Below, one piece after another: positions 16,806 through 25,940 of a stretch of DNA of 32,000 bases; position 1 is the stretch's first letter, and every line of letters begins with the position of its first letter. The stretch covers positions 4,020,001 through 4,052,000 of the forward strand of contig NZ_LT934425.1 of NCBI RefSeq assembly GCF_900232105.1, written 5' to 3'. The position numbers and the translations under genes are program-made. The DNA comes from Candidatus Kuenenia stuttgartensis (GTDB lineage Bacteria > Planctomycetota > Brocadiia > Brocadiales > Brocadiaceae). The notes under the pieces were generated by a model. The model was not told where the DNA came from and searched no databases. It saw nothing but the letters and a program-made list of their open reading frames with translations.

Positions 16806-19502
16806 ATGAAAACAAATATTGGACCATTAAAAGATAACGACACAATAGCAATTATTGGCGGCGGGCCTGCGGGGAGTTTTTTTGCACACTTTGCATTAAA
16901 ACTGGCAAAGGAACTGAATAAAAAGATTACCATTTACATTCTCTGCGGAAAGGATTTTATCCAGAAAGGTCCTGTTGGCTGTAAAATGTGCGCGGGGGTA
17001 TTGTCGGAGACCCTTATTGCGAAAATGGAACAGGAAGGAATTGTACTTCCGACGTCACGCATTCAAAATGAAATAGACGGATATTTCTTTCAGTCGCAGG
17101 AACGCGGCATCTCTCTCCATCACCCGCTTCCGGGCCATAAACCAAGAATTATTACCATTTTCCGCGGAGGGGGGCCAAGGTATTCCCTCTCTGACGTAAA
17201 CATTAGTTTTGATGATTTTTTATTAAACCACAGCGCTTCTATGGGAGCGAAGGTGCTTTCCGCGATTGTAGAAGAAATTGAGTTGCCGGAAAATCCTCAG
17301 CATTTAGTAAATATTGTATACAGGGAGGAAGGCATACGAAAAAAAATATCGGTAAGCCTCGCCGTTGGCGCATTCGGGGTAAATACGTCGCTTACCAAAA
17401 GAATCGTGGGGAAGAAACATGGGTATCGCGAACCGCGGTCGATACGCACATGCAATGCGGAACTCCCGCTGGGGAGGTCTTATATCAGGGAGCGTTTCCA
17501 AAGAACTATCTACATATTTTCACTGGGAATCAAGCCAATTAAATTTGCAGCGCTTATACCCAAAGACGACTACGTTACCGTATCCCTCGTCGGCAATGAA
17601 GACATCACAAAGGCGCATTTAATGCAGTTTATAAAGCACCCCCGAATACGTGAACTTTTGCCGGAAGGGTGGTCGCTGCCGGAAAACGTGTGCATCTGTT
17701 TTCCCAAAATCCCGGTCGCGCATGCCGCACACCCCTATTCTGACAGATTTGTGATAACGGGAGATGCAAGTATTTCCCGTACCTATAAAAACGGCATTGA
17801 ATCGTCTTTTGAAACTTCCCGGTTAGCCGCTTACGCCGCTTTTTATCACGGCATTTCAGAAAAGGATTTTAAGGAAGCGTATTATACGCCGGCGCTGAAA
17901 TTACTTGCGCACGACAATTTTTACGGCAAACTTATATTAAACCTTCACGATTATATCACCTCAAAAAAACACATCGCAAACACGCACATCGACTACCTCT
18001 GCAAACACAAGGATACCTGGGGGGCGCAGCGCATCAATGCCATTTTGTGGAACATGGTTACCGGCAACATCGGGTATAAGGAAATATTTTACGATGCAAT
18101 GAGTTTTCGGTTACAGGCAGTTATGTTTCCTCATAATTTCAGATCCTCGGTCAAAATGGTGTATGGGTATTTCCGCAAACTGACCAATACAGATCTTGCG
18201 GGAACAGCCAGATCGAAAGAAACACCGGCATTGGGTCCCCTGAAAAATCAAAGCACCGTAGTTATAATCGGAGGCGGGCCTGCAGGTACCAGTTGCGGGA
18301 TTGCCCTGAAGCATCTTGCCAAAGAGAAAAATATTGACATAAACGTTATTTTATACGAAATGAAGGATTTTGAAGGTGGAATTGAACACAATGAATGTGC
18401 CGGAGTACTCTCCCATCCTATTGAACATATCATGGAGGATACCTTAAAAATCCCCTTCCCATGGTATCTGGTGAAAAGGGATATACCAGGTTATTATCTT
18501 CACGCAAATGGGCAAACGATAACGCTTGAAGGCAACGGAGAAATATCTTACGCCCTTCGCAGAATTCAATTTGATGCATATCTTCTGCAAAAAGCAAAAG
18601 AAGCCGGCGTTACCGTAATCAAAAGCAAGGTTACTGATATAGAAATCGGACGGGAAAAGATTGTTATCTATAGCGAAACCCGGCATACCAGCGCCGATGT
18701 TGTAGTGGGCGCCTTCGGTATAGAAGAAGGTACACATAAATTATTTGAAAGCGGCACACCGTATAAATCCCCGAAATATTTACTCTCCATATTAACGAAA
18801 TTTCATCCCAAAGGGAAATACCATGATTTAGAAAATACCGATGGATATATCCATGCCTTTTTATCGTCGATAAAAGAAATAGAGTTTGGCGCAATCACCC
18901 CAAAGGCAGACCACTATACCATCAACATTGCAGGGGCTAAAATTTCTTCAAAATCTATGGATAATTTTTTGCAGCAATCCGAGGTAATGAACCAGCTTCC
19001 GGAGTGTTTTAAGGATGCTTTAGGACACTTCGACTATCATAGGGGGTGTTTTCCGGTGAAACCTGCAAAAAATCCCTTTGGCGACAGATATGTAATTATC
19101 GGGGATGCGGCAGGCCTTATCCGTCCGTTTAAGGGCAAGGGAGTGAATGCGGCATGTTTAATGGGCATTAAAGCGGCGGAAACTATGATGAACGTTGGCA
19201 TATCAAAAAGGGCTTTTCATACCTCATATTTTAACAGTTTTTACGACGTCATTAAGGACTTGCCCTATGCAAGAGCAGTCAGGCGCTTTATTATATGGGG
19301 TGCGTATTATGGTTTTTTGGGGAGTGTTATTCAGATTGCCAAAAGCAACCCTGAATTAAAAGGGGCATTGTTTGACAGCGTTTCAGGGAGAAGGACGTAC
19401 CGAAGGATACTTATTGATGCATTCAGCGTGCGATTATCTTTCAAGATATTCGCTGCTATTATTCAATGTTTCATTTCAAAGATAACAAAAAAACAGCGCT
19501 AA
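16806..19502 (+). CDS. 898-aa FAD-dependent oxidoreductase made of two tandem geranylgeranyl-reductase-like halves
   Basis: There are two dinucleotide-binding motifs, IAIIGGGPAGSFFA (aa ~14) and VVIIGGGPAGTSCG (aa ~485). Each is followed by C-x-x-CAGVLS (CKMCAGVLSE / HNECAGVLSH) and later by a GD motif (RFVITGDASIS / RYVIIGDAAGL). The C-terminal tail is hydrophobic. Confidence 0.75.
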   Translation: MKTNIGPLKDNDTIAIIGGGPAGSFFAHFALKLAKELNKKITIYILCGKDFIQKGPVGCKMCAGVLSETLIAKMEQEGIVLPTSRIQNEIDGYFFQSQERGISLHHPLPGHKPRIITIFRGGGPRYSLSDVNISFDDFLLNHSASMGAKVLSAIVEEIELPENPQHLVNIVYREEGIRKKISVSLAVGAFGVNTSLTKRIVGKKHGYREPRSIRTCNAELPLGRSYIRERFQRTIYIFSLGIKPIKFAALIPKDDYVTVSLVGNEDITKAHLMQFIKHPRIRELLPEGWSLPENVCICFPKIPVAHAAHPYSDRFVITGDASISRTYKNGIESSFETSRLAAYAAFYHGISEKDFKEAYYTPALKLLAHDNFYGKLILNLHDYITSKKHIANTHIDYLCKHKDTWGAQRINAILWNMVTGNIGYKEIFYDAMSFRLQAVMFPHNFRSSVKMVYGYFRKLTNTDLAGTARSKETPALGPLKNQSTVVIIGGGPAGTSCGIALKHLAKEKNIDINVILYEMKDFEGGIEHNECAGVLSHPIEHIMEDTLKIPFPWYLVKRDIPGYYLHANGQTITLEGNGEISYALRRIQFDAYLLQKAKEAGVTVIKSKVTDIEIGREKIVIYSETRHTSADVVVGAFGIEEGTHKLFESGTPYKSPKYLLSILTKFHPKGKYHDLENTDGYIHAFLSSIKEIEFGAITPKADHYTINIAGAKISSKSMDNFLQQSEVMNQLPECFKDALGHFDYHRGCFPVKPAKNPFGDRYVIIGDAAGLIRPFKGKGVNAACLMGIKAAETMMNVGISKRAFHTSYFNSFYDVIKDLPYARAVRRFIIWGAYYGFLGSVIQIAKSNPELKGALFDSVSGRRTYRRILIDAFSVRLSFKIFAAIIQCFISKITKKQR

Positions 19503-19507
19503 TCATA

Positions 19508-20164
19508 TCATTCCAGGTTTGAATGCCTCCTGTTCATTTCCTGTTCCGAACTTCTCAATTCCGTCACGAGCAAATGAATTACACCGTCTAAATAAACAAG
19601 GCAGGCTTGTTCGAAAAGCGTACTGCGGAATTGGATAGAACCATTGATTTTGTTGTGCGTACGGATTTCCTGCACAGGTAGATCTACGATAATATCGGCA
19701 TATTCAGTAAGAGGTGAATTTTTCTGCGAGGTAATTGCAGCAACAGTGGCAAAGGATTTTTTTGCCAATTCCGCTATGTAGCAGGTAATGTGCGTATTCC
19801 CTGAACTACTGCAGGCAATCAATAAATCCCCTTTATCGATATTCGGCGTCGTGGCGTCTCCCACACAGTAAGCGTTTAAACCAATATGTGTCAGTCTCAT
19901 TGCAAAAGTACGGGACACCAGACCGGAACGGCCCTGCCCAGTCACAAATATATTCTTTGCATCAAGAATCGACGAAAACAATTGTGCAAAGGACTGTTCA
20001 TTTATCTTATCAAGAACAGAATGAATTTCATTCAATATTATTTTTGTAGTTGGTTTTATGACCAGGGTAGTAGTGTTTTTATGTAATTTCATGATTTTCG
20101 GCACGAACATTTTAAGCCCCCCTCCACAGATTTTTGGTGATTTTAACAAAAATTTACCGCTCAT
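19508..20164 (-). CDS. hxlB: 6-phospho-3-hexuloisomerase (SIS domain)
   Basis: GQGRSGLVSRTFAMRLTHIGLNAYCVGDATTPNIDKGDLLIACSSSGNT and the C-terminal ..RRHSNLE closely follow the PHI family pattern. The true start is probably an internal Met (for example 20110), giving about 200 aa. Confidence 0.75.
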   Translation of the reverse strand: MSGKFLLKSPKICGGGLKMFVPKIMKLHKNTTTLVIKPTTKIILNEIHSVLDKINEQSFAQLFSSILDAKNIFVTGQGRSGLVSRTFAMRLTHIGLNAYCVGDATTPNIDKGDLLIACSSSGNTHITCYIAELAKKSFATVAAITSQKNSPLTEYADIIVDLPVQEIRTHNKINGSIQFRSTLFEQACLVYLDGVIHLLVTELRSSEQEMNRRHSNLE

Positions 20165-20686
20165 AATAATAAAATATTTGTAACTTACTGAGCCGGCATA
20201 GTCAGAACCAAATAAGATAAGATATTAAAAACACGAAATTCGAATGGCGGGGGATTAAGGGGGTGGAATTGTCTGCGGAGGAAATCTGGGAGGTTTATAA
20301 CATGAATAGCCATAAGTTTTTCTTCTCATTCCTACGTTCTGCGGGAATGCATGTCACGAAACAGGATAAAATTGTCCATTTGACCAGCCTGCGGAGCGTG
20401 GGAAAGAGGGTCAAATTTGTTTTCATAATAAAGGGGTAGTTGAATCGATGGAGAAATCCAGTCCACCCCCTGCACCCCCACGGCAACGTCAAAGTCACCC
20501 TATGAAAGACGCGGATCAAGAATTTGTGCCAAAAGCTCCCGTCAGTAAGTGGAGAAGAAAGTAAAAAACGATAGAATTCCCATATAAATCGGCAAAAATG
20601 AGCAAAACAAGCAAAATGTAACGGGAGTATCCCTGTGGTAACGAAAGAGATAGTAAAAAAATAAAGGCTTTTTTTTGTTCTCTACA

Positions 20687-22446
20687 TTACAAGCGAAGCA
20701 TTTGAAGTGAAAGAAAAGGTCTTGCCGCAAAATTTCTGAGCGTCTTTGCAATATTTGGTACATTGAGAAAATGAAACAGCCCAACCACAAGGTTCTTCAA
20801 AGAAGCCATTGCCCTTGGGGCATTTTGTGTGCGTATTTGAGAATGGTCTTCACGGAAGGAGGTATCACGCACATAATGAAGTCCATTTTCTATTGACCAG
20901 TGTCCGCGGGAAAACTTAAGAATGGTTTTGGGACTTGCTTTTTGTTGTGTCAGGCTGGTAATACCGTAAACAATTTCCTCGGTCTTTTTGCCGGTCTTGA
21001 CTTTTGTAAATATTCTATGAATGCAAAATACCTGCTTAACGTAGGGGAAATCAAGTTATTCGTTTAATTCGGTGCTGGTCCAAATCCTGCGGATTTCAAT
21101 GCGGCCATGGCCTTTTTCAATTGTTTCGTGCTGAGGGGGGGAAAAGAACTGAGATTCAGTTCCTTGATGGCTTGTTTTATGGTTTTTTGATTATCTTTCA
21201 CCGTGAATATATATTCTGCCTTTTTGTCTTCTACCAGATAACGGGCGGTTTCCTTTTGCGCATGTAAGGCATCGAAAGTAACGACACGGTCTTTTATGTC
21301 TAAATCATCAAACAATACCGGAACCATCGGTATTTCGTTTGTTTTGCGGTCTACCTGAGTTTGTGCGAGAACTATACCCTGTTTATGAAGAAAAGCGGCA
21401 AGCAAATGTACCTGTTTGCCGTCAGGCTGTCTTGCACCGCAAAGGGTTTTCCCGTCAACCGCAATGGGCAGGCTTTTATCACCTACAGATTGAAACCAAC
21501 GCGAGAGGACTTTATCAACTGCTTCTGCATCCACCTGCTGTAAGAAACGCCTGATGGTAGGTTCACTCGGTGGTTCGTATCGTTTCGTTTTTGCATTGTA
21601 ACGGCAGGAGAGACGTTTGAGCATATTTTGCGGACAACGCTTTGCCCACTCTGCAATGGCGGCAAAGCTCCAGGCATTGCAGATGATAGCACAGATAGAA
21701 ATTGCCAGGATAGAACGTTTCCTGTGGCGAACGCCTCTGGGCATGCGATGTTCAGGGATTTGCTGCAATAATTCGTCAAGAAATTCCGCATCTTTTAAAG
21801 ATAATTTCATAGGCTTTGTCTCCTTTCTTAATTGTATGGTAAGATTAAGGTTGTTAAGTTGTTTTTGGACTTGTGCTTTCAATGAGCGAACAAAGACCAT
21901 CTTTGGCTTATTGTGCAGAAGATAGCCTTGTGATGATCTGGCAAAACCGGTTGAATGTCCTAAAAAAATCCATCCTGCGGCCTTATAGCAGACGCCTTTA
22001 AAAAAACGAGGATCGACAAAGGTCTCCACAAGCCAGATTGGATGCCCATAGACCTTAGTCCAGTCTTGTGATAAGCGCTTAAGGTTAAGAGAAAGAATAC
22101 GGGAGGCAAGGTTTGGTACGTGTATCTGAGGAAGGATCAGGAAACGTGAGTTGTTTGCTATGAGTTTCAGTCGTTGCGATTTTAAAAATGGCGGCCATCC
22201 AATCCACTTATCGCGAACGGTACATTTTAATGCTGCGGCAGCCCAGCCGATCAAGGCAAGCCATTGTCCCTGTGATTCCGCTACGTAGCGAATTGATTCT
22301 CCTACGAGAGAATGAAATCCAAGGTAATGATGCTGGCGCATCAGTGTGTCCCAATTTGCCTGGTCGTTTTGTGAAACAGGACGAACGGTAATTGAATGAA
22401 GTAGTTCGTTGTGTGTGTTATCGATTGGTGTTGTATGCTGGTTCAT
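20687..22446 (-). pseudogene. DUF4338 domain fused to an ISAs1-family transposase, inactivated by a frameshift and a nonsense codon
   Basis: ORF 21064-22446 carries an N-terminal DUF4338-like half (HHYLGF, DKWIGW, LIANNSRFLILP, NLASRILS, LSQDW, LVETFVD, CYKAAGW). Its second half is ISAs1-like (PRGVRHRKRSILAISICAII...AVDGKTLCGA...FDALHAQKETA). The C-terminus continues in another frame as ..EKGHGRIEIRRIW..*..GHWSIENGLHYVRDTSFREDHSQIR, down to the stop at 20687. The frameshift is at the G7/C7 run 21135-21141 and the in-frame TAA is at 21054-21056. Confidence 0.75.
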
Positions 22447-22506
22447 GCCCTATAATATAAAATATTTTAGGGGGAATGTCCACGTTTTTTTACATATCTT
22501 TGTATA

Positions 22507-22917
22507 TTATGTGCTTATGGAAAACTTTGACAGCGCCGTGGGTGTGTCATAGGACGTACCAACAATAACTGTCCCTAGATTAGTCAGCAATTCATAGATA
22601 CCAAACGGACATCCAACACCAATTGCCTGAGAACGAAAATCATGGGCCAAAACTTCGTTTACTATTTTTGTCCACGCCTTGCCCTCATTTCTGAAATTAC
22701 CTATCAATTCCTTTTTCTTACTGTCAACACTGATTATTGGCTGACCAGAATCTTCAAAATACTTTTTTGTCTCATTAATAATTTCAAACTGTCTATTACG
22801 GTCCGGATGACGTGTCTCTGCTATCGTTTTGCGATTTACCCTCAGAGAATAATCCATGTCCTTAAGAAGCTTGCTAACTGTTGTTGCACATACGCTTAGC
22901 TGGTAGGCTGGAGGCCA
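22507..22917 (-). pseudogene. ISAzo13-family transposase, internal fragment only
   Basis: ..TTVSKLLKDMDYSLRVNRKTIAETRHPDRNRQFEIIN...PIISVDSKKKELIGNFRNEGKAW...AHDF...PFGIYEL..N.GTVIVGTSYDT matches the central part of ISAzo13 (Rhodopirellula-type DDE) transposases. The N- and C-terminal parts are missing on both sides. Confidence 0.7.
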
Positions 22918-24930
22918 TTAGCCTCCAACCCCCACTCGTCGCCAGATACTTTGGACAACGTGACAAAGCATCCTTTTTAAACCATACGTCTTTCTCGTAG
23001 TCAGCGACCCCGAAGTGTTGCTCTATAACAGAGAAAAGTCAAACATCATGCTTTAGCACACGCCTTAAGAAATTCTCTTTCGAATGAGAGTAACCCCATT
23101 TTAAAGAATCGGTGAACAGGGAAACGCTTGTTGTCTGTTCTCCATTTTCTTGAGAACTTGAAACATCTCAGTCTCATGCGTACCCAACAGTCTAATGAGC
23201 GATATACCTTTTGTACATTGCCCAGCCGAAAATAGTTGACATGCCCACGAATTACAGGGTTTAATGTATCAACAATGGCTTGCAGATTGACGCCCTGTGT
23301 ACGTCTGGTGATGTCTCTGATGTTGTTCCTTCGGCAGGCTCAGGACAGGCTCTTGAGTTTGTTCAGTGATTTCGTGCTTATACCCTTATACTTGCCCTTG
23401 AAATCGTATCCGAGAAACCTGAAACCTCTTTCGAAGTTGGTGAGCTTGGTTTTATCCTCGCTCAGCTTCATTCCAAGTTTCCCTGCAATGATTTCTTTGA
23501 CATAGCTGAGGGCGGCTGGGAGTTCATCTTTTGTTTTAGTCATGACAACGAAATCATCGGCGTATCGGACAAACTTATATCCAGCCTTTTCAAGTTCCTT
23601 GTCGATGATGTCACCGATAAGGTTTGCAAGCAAAGGGGAAATGACGCCTCCTTGCGGAGTGCCTTTGTTTGTCTCGTGCACGATGCCGTCCTCCATGACC
23701 CCTGCCTTGAGCATGTTCTCAATACTGTTCAAAACCCATCCATCAGCAATTTTCTCACGTAAGGAGTCCATAATAAGCTTATGGGGTATGGTGTCATAGA
23801 ATGCCATTATATCGGCATCAAGGACGCTGGTATACCCTTCCTGCTTATACTGTTCAAGCCGTTTGATAGCATCGTGACAGCATCTGTCAGGGCGAAATCC
23901 AAAGCTGTTATCTGAGAATCCTTTCTCAAATATTGGCTCTATGATTTGCCTGAACGCCTGCTGTACAATCCTGTCCTTAACAATGGGAATGCCAAGAGGT
24001 CTCTTGTCATGCCTGCCTTTGGGGATGTATACCCGCAGGACAGGCGCAGGGTTGTATATGGCAGTCTTGAGTTCCTGATGGATACTCATGATATTCACAT
24101 CAAGATTGGACTCAAATTGCTTAATACTTACCCTGTCAAGACCAGCTTTGCCTTTATTCTTCTTTACGTGTTTGAAAGCAGCATAAAGGTTTTTCAGACT
24201 AAACACCTTGTCTCTTAATGAATGATACTTAAGCATCTCTCGATATATTCCTTTCGATTGATTACGGATAATAGACTTGTCAATCGTGTTTCCTGGGTAC
24301 GGATTCTCCCAAACATAGGCAAAAACAAGAGAGGCTCTTGTTACTGCTTACCTACGCAAAAGAGTTTCTTTTCTCATTGAACGTATTCAATCTGCCACTT
24401 TCATCAATTCCACTACGGTTATGCCCCTTTCATTTCCGATTCACACCGGAAACTATTATGAGCAATGCTGACGACTTCAAAGATAGACTTGTGAGAGAAG
24501 CTTGTCTATCACCATCTCATACAGCTCGGACTTCGGAATTTCCTTATACCTTGCTGTTAGGGAATTTTGCCCAAGGCGTAAGTCCTCCCCCGGTCATATG
24601 GATTACCCCTTTTCCCTTCGTGATGTATGTTCAAACGCATTAACCAGAGATGGTTTTACTTAATCTGTTTATCCATCTCCAACAAAGGACATTGTCAGTG
24701 CTTCGCTGAGAAATGGCAGTTGGCACGGAATAACACGCCACACTCATACACCCCAAAAGGTCGTCTGTACCTCGTAACTCCGTCATACCCCTCACGGGTA
24801 TATGCTATCTTTCTACGCATACGGATTGCTCCATTGTGTGCGCATAGGCACAAACTTCTCTACGAGGATTAGGCTCGCAGAGGTGGTATTTTCAACCACT
24901 CAGGTATTCCATACTTCAAGGCACACACAC
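22903..24930 (-). mobile_element. Group II intron, ~2.0 kb; boundaries tentative
   Basis: It encloses an RT/maturase ORF. About 690 nt of non-coding, structured-looking sequence lies upstream of the ORF (24237-24930), and a possible 5' GUGUG sits at 24930-24926 on the minus strand. About 140 nt downstream of the ORF ends in a 10-bp hairpin plus ..CCUAC at 22903. I could not identify a convincing domain V by eye. Confidence 0.55.
23046..24236 (-). pseudogene. Group II intron reverse transcriptase/maturase without an endonuclease domain, interrupted by one in-frame TGA
   Basis: RT motifs found: GLDRVSIKQFE, RVYIPKGRHDKRPLGIPIVKDRIVQQA, FGFRPDRCCHDA, DADIMAFYDTIPH, GTPQGGVISPLLANL, RYADDFVV. 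After the TGA at 23340-23342 the same frame continues with the maturase X-domain pattern ..IRDITRRTQGVNLQAIVDTLNPVIRGHVNYFRLG.., to the stop at 23046-23048. Confidence 0.85.
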
Positions 24931-25061
24931 CTCTATCACCGCATTCTTTTTTTGTAACCGTTCACGGGCAATAATGGCAATAATTTAGAGTTGCCCGCTG
25001 CGCCGTAATTTTTTTAGAAAAAAAGTTGCGTTCCGGTTCCTGATGATTTATAGTTTCGGGA

Positions 25062-25940
25062 ATGGAAACAACCATAACATATCGGAGGCGGTCAGTCTCC
25101 CCGGAAGATATCGAGACCATCAGGCGGATCATTGAGGCGCATCCTGGCAAAAGCAGACGCTTCATTTCTTAGGAAGTTTGCAGGGAATGGGACTGGCGGC
25201 AGTCGAATGGTGTTCTTAAAGATATGGTCTGCCGAAGCCTGCTTCTTGTATTGGAGTCAAAAGGCCTCATTAAGCTGCCACACAGGAAATTCACTCCTGC
25301 CAACCCGCTTGCAGAACGAAAGAAACCATCCGGAGTAACAGTCGACAACACGTCCATTTATGGTTCTCTTGCCGATCTGTTTCCCATCAACCTTGAGCAG
25401 GTTCGCAGAACTCCCTTTGAGAAGATATTCAATGGTCTTGTAAGCGAATACCATTATCTTGGCTATACCCAACCCATTGGAGAGCACCTCAAATATATGG
25501 CCTTTTCCGGTGGCCGCCCCGTTGCATGTCTGGCATGGGGCTCTGCGCCATGGTATATCGGTGCGAGAGATCGTTTTATTGGCTGGAGTAAAAAGGCCAG
25601 AGAAAGGAATCTTCACCTGATCGCCAATAATCTCCGTTTTTTGATCCTGCCATGGGTACAGGTATCATGCTTAGCCTCATATCTGCTGGCATCTAACCGT
25701 CGGCGTCTGTCACAAGATTGGCAAGATCTATACAACCATCCGGTTTATCTACTTGAAACCTTTGTGGACACAGAACGATATCATGGTACCTGCTACAAGG
25801 CAGATAACTGGATATGTGTGGGCCAGACAACTGGTCTGGGCAAACTTAGTAAATCGCGCGAACCGCTACTTTCCAAAAAGGCCGTTTATGTCTATCCCCT
25901 GACTAAACATTTTCTCCGGGAGTTATGCTATGACGCCTGA
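25062..25940 (+). pseudogene. DUF4338-domain protein with a disrupted N-terminus; the intact ORF runs 25224-25940
   Basis: The core contains YHYLGY, DRFIGW, LIANNLRFLILPW, LASYLLA, LSQDW, LLETFVD and CYKADNW. Upstream in the same frame, ..RRRSVSPEDIETIRRIIEAHPGKSRRFIS*EVCREWDWRQSNGVLKD looks like the native N-terminus, but it contains a TAG at 25170-25172. The only upstream ATG (25061) is in a different frame. Confidence 0.7.

Noticed and set aside
20295-20872. ORFs 20295-20519, 20542-20790 and 20687-20872 as separate genes
   Set aside because: The third is the out-of-frame C-terminus of the ISAs1-like pseudogene. The other two fall in repeat-rich, degenerate sequence, including a cattcctacgttctgcgggaatg-type palindrome, and have implausible translations. 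I also could not convincingly match them to the missing ISAzo13 C-terminus.
22860-23045. Search for group II intron domain V (AGC triad, 2-nt bulge, GNRA loop) downstream of the RT ORF
   Set aside because: Candidates such as gagcaacacttcggggtcgct, tacgagaaagacgta and ggatgctttg...caaagtatct do not fold into the canonical 34-nt domain V by eye. I therefore left the intron 3' boundary tentative rather than annotating domain V.
24338-24872. ORFs 24338-24643 and 24627-24872 (plus strand)
   Set aside because: They lie antisense to the presumed 5' RNA domains of the group II intron. No motifs; probably spurious.
20687-25940. Interpreting the DUF4338 genes as a Druantia system (druA)
   Set aside because: No large druB-E genes or DUF1998 helicase lie nearby. 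Both copies are physically part of transposase units, one fused and one inside IS inverted repeats, and both are damaged.
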